This document shows positions 19,475 through 29,612 of a stretch of DNA of 64,000 nucleotides, one piece after another; positions within the stretch are counted from its first letter, which is position 1, and each line of letters starts with the position of its first letter. The notes beneath the pieces were generated by a model. That model was not told the DNA's origin. It made no database searches and saw nothing but the letters and a program-made list of their open reading frames with translations. A program made the position numbers and the translations under genes. This DNA is from Phyllobacterium sp. (lineage in GTDB: Bacteria > Pseudomonadota > Alphaproteobacteria > Rhizobiales > Rhizobiaceae): positions 43 to 64,042 of the forward strand of contig NZ_JBBNAN010000439.1 in NCBI RefSeq assembly GCF_037994405.1. The letters are read 5' to 3'.

Positions 19475-19507
19475 ATCCCGCCAGCCGAAAGTCTGGCGGG
19501 ATTTTTC
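19475..19507 (+). terminator. Rho-independent terminator after yebC
   Basis: ATCCCGCCAG-N8-CTGGCGGGAT followed by a T run. Confidence 0.8.
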
Positions 19508-19515
19508 ATTTATGA

Positions 19516-20939
19516 TTAGTTCGTGGGGCCGCCGCCGCCGAGCGTTTCCATATCCGGTTCCGCGGGTTTGACACCGGTCGCCCGGTTGATGAGAACCGTG
19601 ACTATCCACAAGGCAATGCCAATACCGATGAGGATCCCGGCAATCTTGTATTGTACCGGATCACGCCCTGTCCAGGGACCGGCAAAGAAGGCGCAAGAAA
19701 TCGCGCCCAGAACCGGCAGGAAGGTCGGGGTACGGAAATGCTGGTGATCGACGGTTTCCCGCCGCAGGATCAGCACGGCTACATTGACGATGGTGAAGAC
19801 GAGCAGCAACAGCAGCGCTGTTGTGCCGCCGAGTGCTGGAACCTCGCCGACAAACATGATCAGGCAAAATGCCAGCAATGTAGTGAAAGCAATGGCGAGA
19901 TAGGGCGTGCGCCGGCGTGGATGTACCTTGCCAAACACTGGCGGAAGAACATGTTCTCGGCTCATGCCATAAACGAGACGGCTGGCCATCAGCATGTTGA
20001 TCAAGGCGCTATTGGCGACGGCGAACATGGTGATGAAGCCGAAAATCCATAACGGGAAATTCGGCGCACCTGCCTGAACCACCTTGAGCAGCGGTGTTTC
20101 GCCTTCGCCAAGCTCTGATGGTGAAACCAGGGTAATGGCAGAGATGGAGACGAGTACGTAAATGGCTCCGGTAATGAACAGACCGGCCAGCAGTACCTTC
20201 GGAAAAATTCTTGTCGGGTCCTTGCATTCCTCTGCCATGTTGACGGAATCCTCGAAACCGACCATGGCGAAGAAAGCGAGGGTGGTGGCCGCCATGACCG
20301 ACCAGAAGACGCTGGAATCCGGCGCTGTCGTGAACTGCGTGATGCGGGATACGTCACCCTGACCACCCGCAATAGCCCACAGCCCGATAATATGATGATC
20401 AGCAGGCCGGTCAGTTCAACCATTGTGAGAACGACATTGGCTTTCACACTTTCGCCCACACCACGAAAGTTAACCGCCGCGACGATGCCCATGAAGGCAA
20501 GGGCGACGAGGGAGATGCCGATGCCGGCTTCGAGATTGAGCTGAAATGCTCCGGAAAGATTGGCCGCGAAGGCGCGCGATGCCGTCGACGCGGACGTGAT
20601 GCCGGAGCACATGACGGTGAATGCAACAATGAATGTGATGAAATGAATGCCGAATGCCTTGTGTGTATAGAGCGCGGCGCCTGCCGCCTTCGGATATTTC
20701 GTTACGAGTTCAAGATAACTCAAGGCGGTGACCACAGCGACGATGAAAGCCACGAGAAAGGGCAGCCAGACCACCCCGCCAACCTGTTTTGCTACTTGTC
20801 CAGTGAGCGCATATATTCCGGTTCCGAGGATATCACCGACGATGAACAGGAGTAGAAGCCAAGGGCCCATGACCCTATGAAGACTTGGCTCGATCGCTGT
20901 CCTTGAAACAATCTTGCTACCTGAAGTCGTGTCAGTCAT
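19516..20939 (-). pseudogene. APC family amino acid permease, split by a 1-nt deletion near 20389-20390
   Basis: The N-half (GDILGTGIY..., up to LLIII) continues in another frame as IGLWAIAGGQGDVSRI...AFFAMVGFEDSVNMAEE. The span is 1424 nt, one short of 475 codons. Confidence 0.8.
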
Positions 20940-21191
20940 CGGGCTCTCCTTCCCTTTGCGTGCAGACAAGATTGAAAAAAGCTATTGGCAAATCAGCGAC
21001 TTGTCGAACAACCCGATGTGCCTGCTCTGCTTGGAGATCAAGCTTGCGGGCCGGCAAGCCAGGTCTCGATACAACTGATAGTTATTGAAGCTGCATCACT
21101 GATGTGCGAACTGAAAATACGCCGCAAGCCCTTCATTTCCGCTGCCTATGCGCTATGATTTTCAAACGAGTCAGAGCCGCAGGGAACCGTC

Positions 21192-21566
21192 ATGAAAAAG
21201 CTTGCCATATTTGCCGCGACCGCGCTTGGTTTCGCTGTGGTGCTGCCTGCGGGCGCGCAGCAGGCGGCCGAAGACCGGATTGAACAATCCACCTATCTCT
21301 GCGAGCGGGGTGTGATCGTCGACGCGACCTACATCAATACGAAAGATGGTTCGGCCTTTGCAGTGATCAACGTCGAAAATAAGCTGGTGCCGATGCGTAG
21401 CGCGCAAAGCGGCTCGGGTGCGCTTTATATCGCGATCGATCAGCAAGACGGCTACCGCTGGCATACCGAGGGTGATGGCGCGATCCTGTCTTACCTCGAT
21501 GCTTCACCGGGTGCACAGGAAAAGACCCTGCTCTCCGAGTGCAAGGCGAGCGACGCGGAAGAGTAA
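21192..21566 (+). CDS. MliC/PliC family lysozyme-inhibitor-like secreted protein
   Basis: Signal peptide, YLCERG, SGSGALY and W..EG motifs, two cysteines. Confidence 0.8.
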   Translation: MKKLAIFAATALGFAVVLPAGAQQAAEDRIEQSTYLCERGVIVDATYINTKDGSAFAVINVENKLVPMRSAQSGSGALYIAIDQQDGYRWHTEGDGAILSYLDASPGAQEKTLLSECKASDAEE

Positions 21567-21611
21567 TCGCAGCTCCCTTGTTATTGGCTCAGGGCAGCCA
21601 TCTGGATTGCC

Positions 21612-21650
21612 CAAAAACGAAGACGGCCCCGAATGATCGGAGCCGTCTTC
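21612..21650 (-). terminator. Rho-independent terminator after rpmE
   Basis: GAAGACGGC...GCCGTCTTC followed on the minus strand by GTTTTT. Confidence 0.7.
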
Positions 21651-21672
21651 AAATCCAGTTTGCGGATAAAAC

Positions 21673-21894
21673 TTATATGCCGAGATTCGCAAAACGGCTC
21701 TTGAACTTCGACACGCGGCCGCCACGATCGGTGAGCTGCTGCGAACCACCGGTCCATGCCGGATGGGTGGACGGGTCGATATCGAGGTTCATCGTATCGC
21801 CTTCCTTACCCCAAGTGGAGCGGGTCAGGTATTCGGTGCCATCGGTCATGACAACCTTGATGGTATGATAATCGGGATGAATCTTGGCTTTCAT
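21673..21894 (-). CDS. rpmE: 50S ribosomal protein L31
   Basis: [10 protein letters not shown]...[13 protein letters not shown]...GGRVSKF. Confidence 0.97.
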   Translation of the reverse strand: MKAKIHPDYHTIKVVMTDGTEYLTRSTWGKEGDTMNLDIDPSTHPAWTGGSQQLTDRGGRVSKFKSRFANLGI

Positions 21895-22098
21895 CTGTAT
21901 TGTCCTAAACTAGAGGGCACAAAACCAGAGCCACTGACTATGTGGGATGCCGGTTGGGAGCCGATTGGTAGAGATGAAGCCAAACGTCACAGGGGCGTGG
22001 GCTTCCAAAACTGTTGGCGAGCCTATACATCAGCCTTTAAGCAATAACAAGGCCGTCTGGCCGCAAAGTCGCATAGCGATGTGAGGAAGACAGATACA

Positions 22099-23913
22099 AT
22101 GGCCGATATGGCTCCATCTCAGTCAAAAGAGACGGAAAGAAAGCGGCGCTCGTTGAAGCCGCTGCGCCGCATCTTCCCCTATATGTCCCGCTACAAGGGC
22201 ATGGTGGCTGGTGCAATGGTCTCGCTGGTCCTTGCAGCAGCAACGACATTGACGCTTCCACTTGCCGTTCGCCGCATGATCGATCACGGCTTCACGGGCG
22301 CCAATGGTGCTTTTATCAATAACTATTTCGGCATGCTGGTCCTGCTTGCTGCCCTCCTCGCGGTCGCTTCGGCCGGCCGTTACTATTTTGTCATTACACT
22401 TGGCGAGCGGATTGTTTCTGATCTGCGCCATGATCTGTTCGCTCATCTGACGAAGCTCTCGCCGGCGTTCTTCGACAATACCCAATCGGGCGAGATCGTC
22501 TCAAGGCTGACTGCTGACACGACGCAGATCAAATCGGCCGTTGGTGCTACGGCTTCAGTTGCACTGCGCAACGTTATTCTTGCCTTTGGCGCCATCGTTA
22601 TGATGATCATAACGAGTCCAAAACTCTCGGGTCTGGTCATCGCTGCCATCCCGGTGATCATCATTCCGCTGGTTGCATTCGGCCGATCAGTCCGGCGCCG
22701 CTCTCGCGCTGCGCAGGATACGCTGGCTAACGCCACAGCCTATGCAAGCGAATCCATCTTATCAGTACGTACGCTGCAGGCCTTCACCAATGAAAAGCTG
22801 GCGACCGGACGGTTTGGTGCCGCGGTTGAGGACGCCTTTCTTGCGGCCCGATCTTCAGTGAAGGCGAGGGCAGTCCTGACAGCATTCGCAATCTTCATGA
22901 TCTTTTCGAGCGTGGTCGCCGTGCTCTGGTTCGGGTCACGTGATGTTCTATCCGGTGCGATCACACCAGGAACGCTTGGCCAATTTCTGCTCTATTCGGT
23001 GTTTGCCGCAGGAGCACTCGGTGCGCTCTCCGAGGTGTGGGGTGAACTCAGCCAAGCTTCGGGAGCTGCGGAGCGGCTGATGGAAATATTGGCTGAGACG
23101 CCTGTCATTGCTGCACCGGCCAATCCTGCCGCGCTGCCCTGGCCGCCAATTGGCTCGGTCACTTTCGAAGATGTACAGTTCAACTACCCGACGCGTCCCG
23201 ATGCCCCGGCACTGAAGGGTCTCGATTTCACGATTCGGCCGGGTGAGACAGTGGCGATCGTCGGCCCATCCGGCGCTGGCAAGAGTACTGTGTTTTCGCT
23301 GCTGCTGCGCTACTACGATCCGGTATCAGGTAGCATTCGTGTCGACGGCGTCGATCTGCGTGATGCAGATCCGTCAGCCCTTCGCTCGCGTATCGCTATC
23401 GTTCCGCAGGATACGACGATTTTTGCCGCGAGCGCGCGCGAGAATATCGGCTTTGGCCGACCTGATGCCAGCAATCCCGAGATCGAGGCAGCCGCCGGGG
23501 CGGCGCTCGCGCATGATTTCATTGTGGCGCTGGATCATGGTTATGACACACAGGTCGGCGAGCGCGGCGTGACGCTGTCTGGTGGCCAGCGCCAGCGCAT
23601 TGCCATTGCCCGGGCTATCCTGCGCGACGCGCCGATCCTGCTGCTTGACGAAGCAACCTCCGCACTCGACGCCGAAAGCGAAATGCTCGTTCAGAAAGCG
23701 CTCGACCACCTCATGCAGGGCAGGACCACGCTCGTCATTGCCCACCGCCTTGCGACCGTGCTCAAGGCCGACCGCATTCTCGTCATGGATGATGGCCGCA
23801 TCGTCGAGGAAGGCACCCATCAAACGCTGGTCAAGCAAAACGGCATCTATGCCAGCTTGGCCAAGCTGCAGTTCGAAGCGGGAGCCGACGCCTTCAAGGG
23901 CGCTGCCGAATAA
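22099..23913 (+). CDS. ABC exporter, fused permease/ATP-binding (MsbA-related)
   Basis: Six TM helices, [34 protein letters not shown]. Confidence 0.93.
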   Translation: MADMAPSQSKETERKRRSLKPLRRIFPYMSRYKGMVAGAMVSLVLAAATTLTLPLAVRRMIDHGFTGANGAFINNYFGMLVLLAALLAVASAGRYYFVITLGERIVSDLRHDLFAHLTKLSPAFFDNTQSGEIVSRLTADTTQIKSAVGATASVALRNVILAFGAIVMMIITSPKLSGLVIAAIPVIIIPLVAFGRSVRRRSRAAQDTLANATAYASESILSVRTLQAFTNEKLATGRFGAAVEDAFLAARSSVKARAVLTAFAIFMIFSSVVAVLWFGSRDVLSGAITPGTLGQFLLYSVFAAGALGALSEVWGELSQASGAAERLMEILAETPVIAAPANPAALPWPPIGSVTFEDVQFNYPTRPDAPALKGLDFTIRPGETVAIVGPSGAGKSTVFSLLLRYYDPVSGSIRVDGVDLRDADPSALRSRIAIVPQDTTIFAASARENIGFGRPDASNPEIEAAAGAALAHDFIVALDHGYDTQVGERGVTLSGGQRQRIAIARAILRDAPILLLDEATSALDAESEMLVQKALDHLMQGRTTLVIAHRLATVLKADRILVMDDGRIVEEGTHQTLVKQNGIYASLAKLQFEAGADAFKGAAE

Positions 23914-23976
23914 CCTACCCATTGCCATTCGAATCATCCGATGCTTTTGTCGAGTTGGGGCAAGGGGAGATCGAGC

Positions 23977-24327
23977 ATGATTGCAAACATCCTGATGGTG
24001 CTGGTGGCGCTATTGCACGTCTATTTCATGTTTCTGGAAATGGTCGCATGGGACAAGCCATTGGGTTTGAAGACCTTCAGGTTGACGCAGGAATTCGCTT
24101 CCGCCTCCAAGGCACTTGCAATGAACCAGGGGCTTTACAATGGCTTTCTGGTTGCCGGATTGGTTTGGGGGCTGTGGCTCGGCGATGCTGGCTTCGCCAT
24201 CAAAGCGTTTTTCCTTGGCTGCGTGATCGTTGCCGGGATCTTTGGCGCGCTAACCGTCAGCCGGAAAATCCTTTACGTGCAGGCTGCCCCCGCTTTGCTA
24301 GCATTGCTGGCACTGATCTACCTTTAG
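23977..24327 (+). CDS. DUF1304 family membrane protein
   Basis: H.YFMFLEM, NQGLYNGFL, YVQAAPA. Confidence 0.85.
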   Translation: MIANILMVLVALLHVYFMFLEMVAWDKPLGLKTFRLTQEFASASKALAMNQGLYNGFLVAGLVWGLWLGDAGFAIKAFFLGCVIVAGIFGALTVSRKILYVQAAPALLALLALIYL

Positions 24328-24583
24328 GGTCAGGACCTGTTAATCTGGTCGAAATGGTATTTGGCTTTTCGTTCGGATACGAGGAGCAAAGGGACAAGAA
24401 ATGTTTATCCATTTTCAAGTCCTTTGCGAGGACGTTGCTGGTCAGATGGCCCATATCCGGCGGACGCCGAAACGGCGGCAAGCTCAAGTGTCGAACCGTT
24501 CGGCCCGGGGGAAAGACCCCGCCCTCCTCGCATCTTCTTGCCGTTTCAGGCGCCATTTCGATCAGATTAACAGGTCCTGACCC
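24327..24583. mobile_element. MITE-like element, 257 bp, with 31-bp terminal inverted repeats (IS5-like ends)
   Basis: 24327-24357 GGGTCAGGACCTGTTAATCTGGTCGAAATGG versus the reverse complement of 24553-24583 (30/31). Flanks read TTAG/CTCG; no transposase. Confidence 0.8.
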
Positions 24584-24589
24584 TCGATC

Positions 24590-25621
24590 TCAGCGCTCCG
24601 TCAATTTCAGCTCGATACGCCGATTGCGGGCGCGGACTTCTGGCGTATCGCCGGGCTCGAGCGGCTGGAACTCGCCAAAACCCGCCGCGACGAGCCGGTT
24701 GGCTGGAACGCCGTTGGCGATCAGGAACTTGACGACGGAAATGGCGCGAGCGGACGACAGCTCCCAATTATCCTTGAACTGGCCAGTACCGGAAAGCGCG
24801 ATATTGTCCGTGTGACCGTCGACGCGCAGAACCCAGTTGATGTCATCAGGAATTTCCTTCTGCAGGTCGATCAGGGCGACGGCGAGCTTCTTCATTTCTT
24901 CAGAGCCAGCTTCGTTCAGAACGGCCATACCCGAAGGGAAAAGGACTTCGGACTGAAAGACAAACCGATCGCCAACAATGCGGATATTTTCGCGATCGGA
25001 GAGGATCTCGCGCAGTCGGCCGAAGAAGTCAGAGCGATAACGGTTGAGCTCCTGCACGCGCTGTGCCAAGGCCACATTGAGGCGCTTGCCCAGGTCAGCG
25101 ATCTTGGCATTGGACTCCTTGTCGCGCGTTTCGGAGGCATTCAGTGCATCTTCCAGAGCGGCAATCTGTTTGCGCAGGGCCGCAATCTGCTGGTTGAGGA
25201 TCTCCACCTGTGACAGCGCACGCGCACTGATCTGCTTTTCGTTTTCGAGGCCGGTCGAGAGCTCGTTGATCTTACCCTCTGCAGCCGCGCCTGCGCCGGC
25301 GCCTTGCGAAAGCAATGATTGCAGACGCGACTGCTCATTCTGTGCATTGGTCAGGGAGGCCTGAAGGTTGGCGATCGTGTCTTCAAGATCCTGTTTGTTG
25401 CCTTGCTCCAGCGACAGGAGCTGCGTGAGCTCATTGATTTGGGCGTTAAGCCGGTTGAGAACGGCGTCCTTGCCAGTGATTTCCTGGCTCAGGAGGAACT
25501 GCGCCAACACGAACACCGACAACAGGAACATGATCGACAGCAGCAACGTCGATAGCGCGTCAACGAAACCCGGCCAGTAATCGACGTGGCGTAGAGCTTT
25601 GCGATTACGAATAAGAGCCAT
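24590..25621 (-). CDS. MotB-like peptidoglycan-binding protein (TM, long coiled coil, OmpA domain)
   Basis: WPGFVDAL TM with conserved Asp; heptad linker; VDGHTDN and NWELSSARA. Confidence 0.88.
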   Translation of the reverse strand: MALIRNRKALRHVDYWPGFVDALSTLLLSIMFLLSVFVLAQFLLSQEITGKDAVLNRLNAQINELTQLLSLEQGNKQDLEDTIANLQASLTNAQNEQSRLQSLLSQGAGAGAAAEGKINELSTGLENEKQISARALSQVEILNQQIAALRKQIAALEDALNASETRDKESNAKIADLGKRLNVALAQRVQELNRYRSDFFGRLREILSDRENIRIVGDRFVFQSEVLFPSGMAVLNEAGSEEMKKLAVALIDLQKEIPDDINWVLRVDGHTDNIALSGTGQFKDNWELSSARAISVVKFLIANGVPANRLVAAGFGEFQPLEPGDTPEVRARNRRIELKLTER

Positions 25622-25625
25622 GTGG

Positions 25626-26648
25626 TCAATCTACCTTGTTACGAGAAATGGCATCTCCGAGTTTGGCCAATGTCTGGCGTATGGATTTTTGCTCGTCCGC
25701 CTGCTTTTCCACCCAATCGCGCATCATCTGTTGTTCCGACCGCATGTTCTTCACAAGGCCCTGAATGCCTTCGGCGAGGCTCGCCAGGGCTGCTGTGGTG
25801 CGCTGGCTCGATCCACCTGTCTCCTGAATGTTCTGCAGGCGCTCTGACAAGGCACGGAGTTCGTCAGATGTTCCGCTGCTTGCAGCATCGAGCGCATGCA
25901 AGTCGGATCCTAGATCGGTGACGCTGGAAAGCCAGTTTTCAAGCTCGATGTAGAAGCGGTTCTGCGCACGCCCGGCCTGAAGATCGAGAAAACCGAGGAT
26001 GAGCGAGCCGGAAAGACCAAAGAGCGAGGATGAAAACGCGGTGCCCATGCCGCGAAGCGGTGATTGCAGCCCGGCCTTGAGCGAGTCGAGGACGCTGTTT
26101 GCGTCCCCTGCGCGTGGGTCGAGCGACTGGATTGTCTGGCCGATGGAGCCGATTGTTTCAAGAAGGCCCCAGAACGTTCCGAGTAGGCCGAGAAACACCA
26201 GAAGACCGATCAAGTAACGGGAAATGTCGCGGGTTTCATCGAGGCGCGCAGCGATCGAATCGAGCAACGAGCGCATCGCGCTTGTCGAGAGAGCCATGGA
26301 TTGGCGTCGTCCGATCAGGGCACGCATAGGCGCTAACATCACGGGCTTGGCATTAGGATCATTGTTGCCCTGACGGAAGGAGTTGACCCAGCGCACCTCC
26401 GGAAAGAGGCGGATGACCTGACCAAAGCCAAGAAGGATACCAACGACAAGAACGCCGATAATCAGGCTGTTGAGGCCGGGATTGGTGACAAAGAAGACCG
26501 AGATCTGCCGAAAGAGGATGGCGGCAAGAAATGCAACGATCGCCAGAAAGATCGCCATCGATAATAGAACAAACCGCGGGCTGGATAGCCGGTAGGGATC
26601 ATATTCGTCACCGTCCATACCCTGTCGGGTCGAACTGAAATCAGCCAT
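25626..26648 (-). CDS. MotA/TolQ/ExbB family membrane protein with a cytoplasmic coiled-coil tail
   Basis: LGLLGTFWGL, GMGTAFSSSLFG; helical C-terminal tail of about 100 aa. Confidence 0.85.
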   Translation of the reverse strand: MADFSSTRQGMDGDEYDPYRLSSPRFVLLSMAIFLAIVAFLAAILFRQISVFFVTNPGLNSLIIGVLVVGILLGFGQVIRLFPEVRWVNSFRQGNNDPNAKPVMLAPMRALIGRRQSMALSTSAMRSLLDSIAARLDETRDISRYLIGLLVFLGLLGTFWGLLETIGSIGQTIQSLDPRAGDANSVLDSLKAGLQSPLRGMGTAFSSSLFGLSGSLILGFLDLQAGRAQNRFYIELENWLSSVTDLGSDLHALDAASSGTSDELRALSERLQNIQETGGSSQRTTAALASLAEGIQGLVKNMRSEQQMMRDWVEKQADEQKSIRQTLAKLGDAISRNKVD

Positions 26649-26728
26649 TGCATCGTCTCCGCGTCGACCAAATCGATTTGTGCGACCCTAACCGAAATCG
26701 TGGTGAAAATGGAAGTGCAATGGGGCAA

Positions 26729-26764
26729 CGGTTGAATTTGTTCTTATCGGATCAAATTCAACCG
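26729..26764. repeat. 12-bp perfect inverted repeat between suhB and the motA-like gene
   Basis: CGGTTGAATTTG-N12-CAAATTCAACCG. Confidence 0.55.
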
Positions 26765-26788
26765 CGTTTGCACCACATAGCAGAGAGC

Positions 26789-27580
26789 TCAGATTGGCTT
26801 CTTGAGCGTTTTCAGAAGTGCGCGCTGGATGGCTTCGTTGCCGGCGACGATGGATTTGCTTTCGACAACATCTTGTCCGCCGTCGAAATCCGTAACAAAT
26901 CCGCCCGCCTCGCGGACCATAATGATTCCGGCGCCGATATCCCAAGGTGAAAGACCGCTTTCCCAGAAGCCGTCCAGGCGGCCAGCCGCCACATAGGCAA
27001 GGTCGAGAGCGGCCGCGCCCATGCGGCGCACGCCCGATACCTCGCCCATAACATTGCGAAGTTCGACGAGATAGTTTCCGTGGTGGCCGCGACCGAGATG
27101 CGGAACGCCTGTGCCAATGACGGCATCTACCAGCTTGGCACGACCGGCAACGCGAAGGCGGCGGTCATTGAGGAACGCACCACCGCCGCGTTCAGCGGTG
27201 TAGAGCTCGTCCATGGCAGGATTGAAAATCACACCGGCAACAATTTGCCCTTGACGTTCGAGTGCAATGGACACTGCAAACATCGGAATACCATGCAGGA
27301 AATTGGTGGTGCCATCGAGCGGATCGACCAGCCAGCGGTGCTGACTGTCACTGCCTTCAACCGCCCCCGATTCTTCCATCAGGAAACTGTAGTCGGGACG
27401 GGCGCGACGTAATTCTGCATAGATAATCTCTTCGGCCTTCTTGTCGGCCTGGCTGACGTAATCGCCTGGACCCTTGAGCGAAACCTGGAGATTCTGTACT
27501 TCGCCAAAATCGCGCGCCAAGGAGCGTCCCGCCTTCATGGCAGCCTGCACCATTACATTGAGAATCGCTGAACGCGCCAT
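26789..27580 (-). CDS. suhB: Inositol monophosphatase family protein
   Basis: WLVDPLDGTTNFLHG, RRMGAAALDLAYVAAG, PWDIGAG. Confidence 0.93.
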   Translation of the reverse strand: MARSAILNVMVQAAMKAGRSLARDFGEVQNLQVSLKGPGDYVSQADKKAEEIIYAELRRARPDYSFLMEESGAVEGSDSQHRWLVDPLDGTTNFLHGIPMFAVSIALERQGQIVAGVIFNPAMDELYTAERGGGAFLNDRRLRVAGRAKLVDAVIGTGVPHLGRGHHGNYLVELRNVMGEVSGVRRMGAAALDLAYVAAGRLDGFWESGLSPWDIGAGIIMVREAGGFVTDFDGGQDVVESKSIVAGNEAIQRALLKTLKKPI

Positions 27581-27644
27581 TTTGGATATTTCTCCGTCAG
27601 ATCAAAAGTGAGGGCGCTGAGGAAACCAGCCCCCTTGAACCGGC

Positions 27645-28208
27645 TCAGTCAGCGCGGCGAATATAAGTTAGTTCGTTGGTATCGACGACAATGCGCTCGC
27701 CCGACGAGATAAACGGGGGAACGAGAACACGGATACCGTTCTCAAGCACAGCCGGCTTATAAGACGATGCTGCGGTCTGACCCTTAACGACAGGATCTGC
27801 CTCGGTGATTGCCAGCGTGACCTGATCGGGAAGGGAAATGCCGATTGGCCGCTCATCATAAAGTTCAACAGTGACCATCATGCCGTCCTGGAGGAAGGCA
27901 GCGCGATCGCCGACGAAATCCTTCTGCAATTCGAGCTGTTCGTAGCTGTCGGTATCCATGAAAATCAGTGCGTCGCCCTGTTCGTAGAGGAAGGAGAAAT
28001 CCTTCTGCTCGAGGCGAACCTTTTCGACGGTCTCGGCGGCGCGGAAGCGCTCATTGAGCTTGGTGCCGTTGAGAAGGTTTTTGAGCTCGACCTGATTGTA
28101 CGCGCCACCCTTGCCAGGCTTTACGGCGTTGGTCTTGACCGCGACCCAGAGGCTGCCATCATGCTCGATTACATTGCCTGGACGGATTTCATTACCGTTG
28201 ATTTTCAT
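27645..28208 (-). CDS. efp: Elongation factor P
   Basis: VKPGKGGA loop, [14 protein letters not shown]; true start MKINGN at 28208. Confidence 0.96.
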   Translation of the reverse strand: MKINGNEIRPGNVIEHDGSLWVAVKTNAVKPGKGGAYNQVELKNLLNGTKLNERFRAAETVEKVRLEQKDFSFLYEQGDALIFMDTDSYEQLELQKDFVGDRAAFLQDGMMVTVELYDERPIGISLPDQVTLAITEADPVVKGQTAASSYKPAVLENGIRVLVPPFISSGERIVVDTNELTYIRRAD

Positions 28209-28355
28209 TTTTCTATCCGGATTGATGTTGGAATTGGCGCCGAACTTCATCGTGGGGCCAATATTGGCGCCTCCAAGACCACAAATTTGCGCATTAGGCA
28301 AGCGAAAGCACGGAATCCAGCTCCATGCTCTCTGTATTGCAGGTGGATAGTGACG

Positions 28356-29519
28356 TCAGGCGGCTAGTGCAGTCTCCGCCAACGAAACCCAGTAGCTGAT
28401 ACCATAGGGAATGGCGTCGTCATTGAAATCATAGGCTGAATTGTGGAGTCCCGGCGTATCGCCATTGCCAAGAAACACAAAAGCGCCGGGACGGCTTTCC
28501 AGCATATAGGAAAAGTCCTCCGCACCCATAACCGGCGGCATACTCGTATTGACGGCAGCGTCACCAACGATTGTTTGAGCAATACTGACGGCAAAATCCG
28601 TTTCCCGGTCATGATTGAATGTGACTGGATACCCTTGGTGGTAAACAACTTCCGCCTTGCCGCCAAATACGGCGGCGGTGGACTCTGCGATTTCCGTCAC
28701 CCGTTTCTGTGCAAACTCGCGAATTTCCGGCACAAGGGTGCGCACCGTGCCGCTCAACTTGATGACATCGGGAATGACATTGGATGCGTCACCGCCATTA
28801 AGCTGCGTCACGGACACGACGAGTGCCTTAAGCGGGTCGGTCTCGCGCGAAACGATCGATTGCAGGGCAAGAATAATGTGTGCCGAAATCACCACAGGGT
28901 CTATCGTGGTGTGTGGCTTGGCGGCGTGCCCACTGCGCCCGGTCACTGTTATCTCGAATTCGTTGGTCGCCGCCATGATCGAACCCTTGCGGGTGGCGAA
29001 CTGGCCAACGGGAAGACCCGGTGCATTGTGCATGCCATAGACTTCGCGGATGGCAAAGCGGTCCATCAAGCCATCGTCAATCATTGCACGAGCGCCAGCG
29101 CCCCCTTCTTCGGCTGGCTGGAAGATGACTGCGATCGTGCCTTTGAAATTACGCGTTTCGGCAAGGTATTGTGCTGCGCCGAGCAGCATGGCCGTATGGC
29201 CATCGTGACCGCATGCGTGCATTTTGCCGGTTATTTTCGAGGCCCATGGCTTGCCGCTGGCTTCGGTGATAGGCAGGGCGTCCATATCTGCGCGGAAACC
29301 GATTACCGGGCCATCGCCATGGCGACCGCGAATGAGGCCAACGACGCCAGTTTGACCAATGCCGGTCTCAATAGCATCGCAGCCGAACTCCCGCAGCTTC
29401 TCGGCGGCAAAGCGCGATGTTTCGTGCACGTCGTAGAGAATTTCTGGATTTTCATGCAGATGCCGGCGCCATTCGGCGACGTGTTGTTGCATTTCATGAG
29501 CACGATTCATCAGCGGCAT
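28356..29519 (-). CDS. M20 family amidohydrolase (HipO-like)
   Basis: RADMDALP, MHACGHDGH, FQPAEEG, GAEDF. Confidence 0.92.
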   Translation of the reverse strand: MPLMNRAHEMQQHVAEWRRHLHENPEILYDVHETSRFAAEKLREFGCDAIETGIGQTGVVGLIRGRHGDGPVIGFRADMDALPITEASGKPWASKITGKMHACGHDGHTAMLLGAAQYLAETRNFKGTIAVIFQPAEEGGAGARAMIDDGLMDRFAIREVYGMHNAPGLPVGQFATRKGSIMAATNEFEITVTGRSGHAAKPHTTIDPVVISAHIILALQSIVSRETDPLKALVVSVTQLNGGDASNVIPDVIKLSGTVRTLVPEIREFAQKRVTEIAESTAAVFGGKAEVVYHQGYPVTFNHDRETDFAVSIAQTIVGDAAVNTSMPPVMGAEDFSYMLESRPGAFVFLGNGDTPGLHNSAYDFNDDAIPYGISYWVSLAETALAA

Positions 29520-29612
29520 TTCGAATTCCCATCTTCATCAAGCCGTTCAAGTCTTGATCAGAAGCTACGTCCGGCGCGCATGATCCGTCAACGCAACAAA
29601 TTGCACACAGCG

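Noticed and set aside
24590-26648. Zorya anti-phage system
   Set aside because: There are no ZorC/D/E-like helicase or nuclease genes nearby, the A-subunit tail is short, and the neighbours are housekeeping genes.
28209-28301. N-terminal extension of EF-P in the ORF track
   Set aside because: The EF-P-like sequence begins at MKING (28208); the upstream TTG is more likely part of the promoter or leader.
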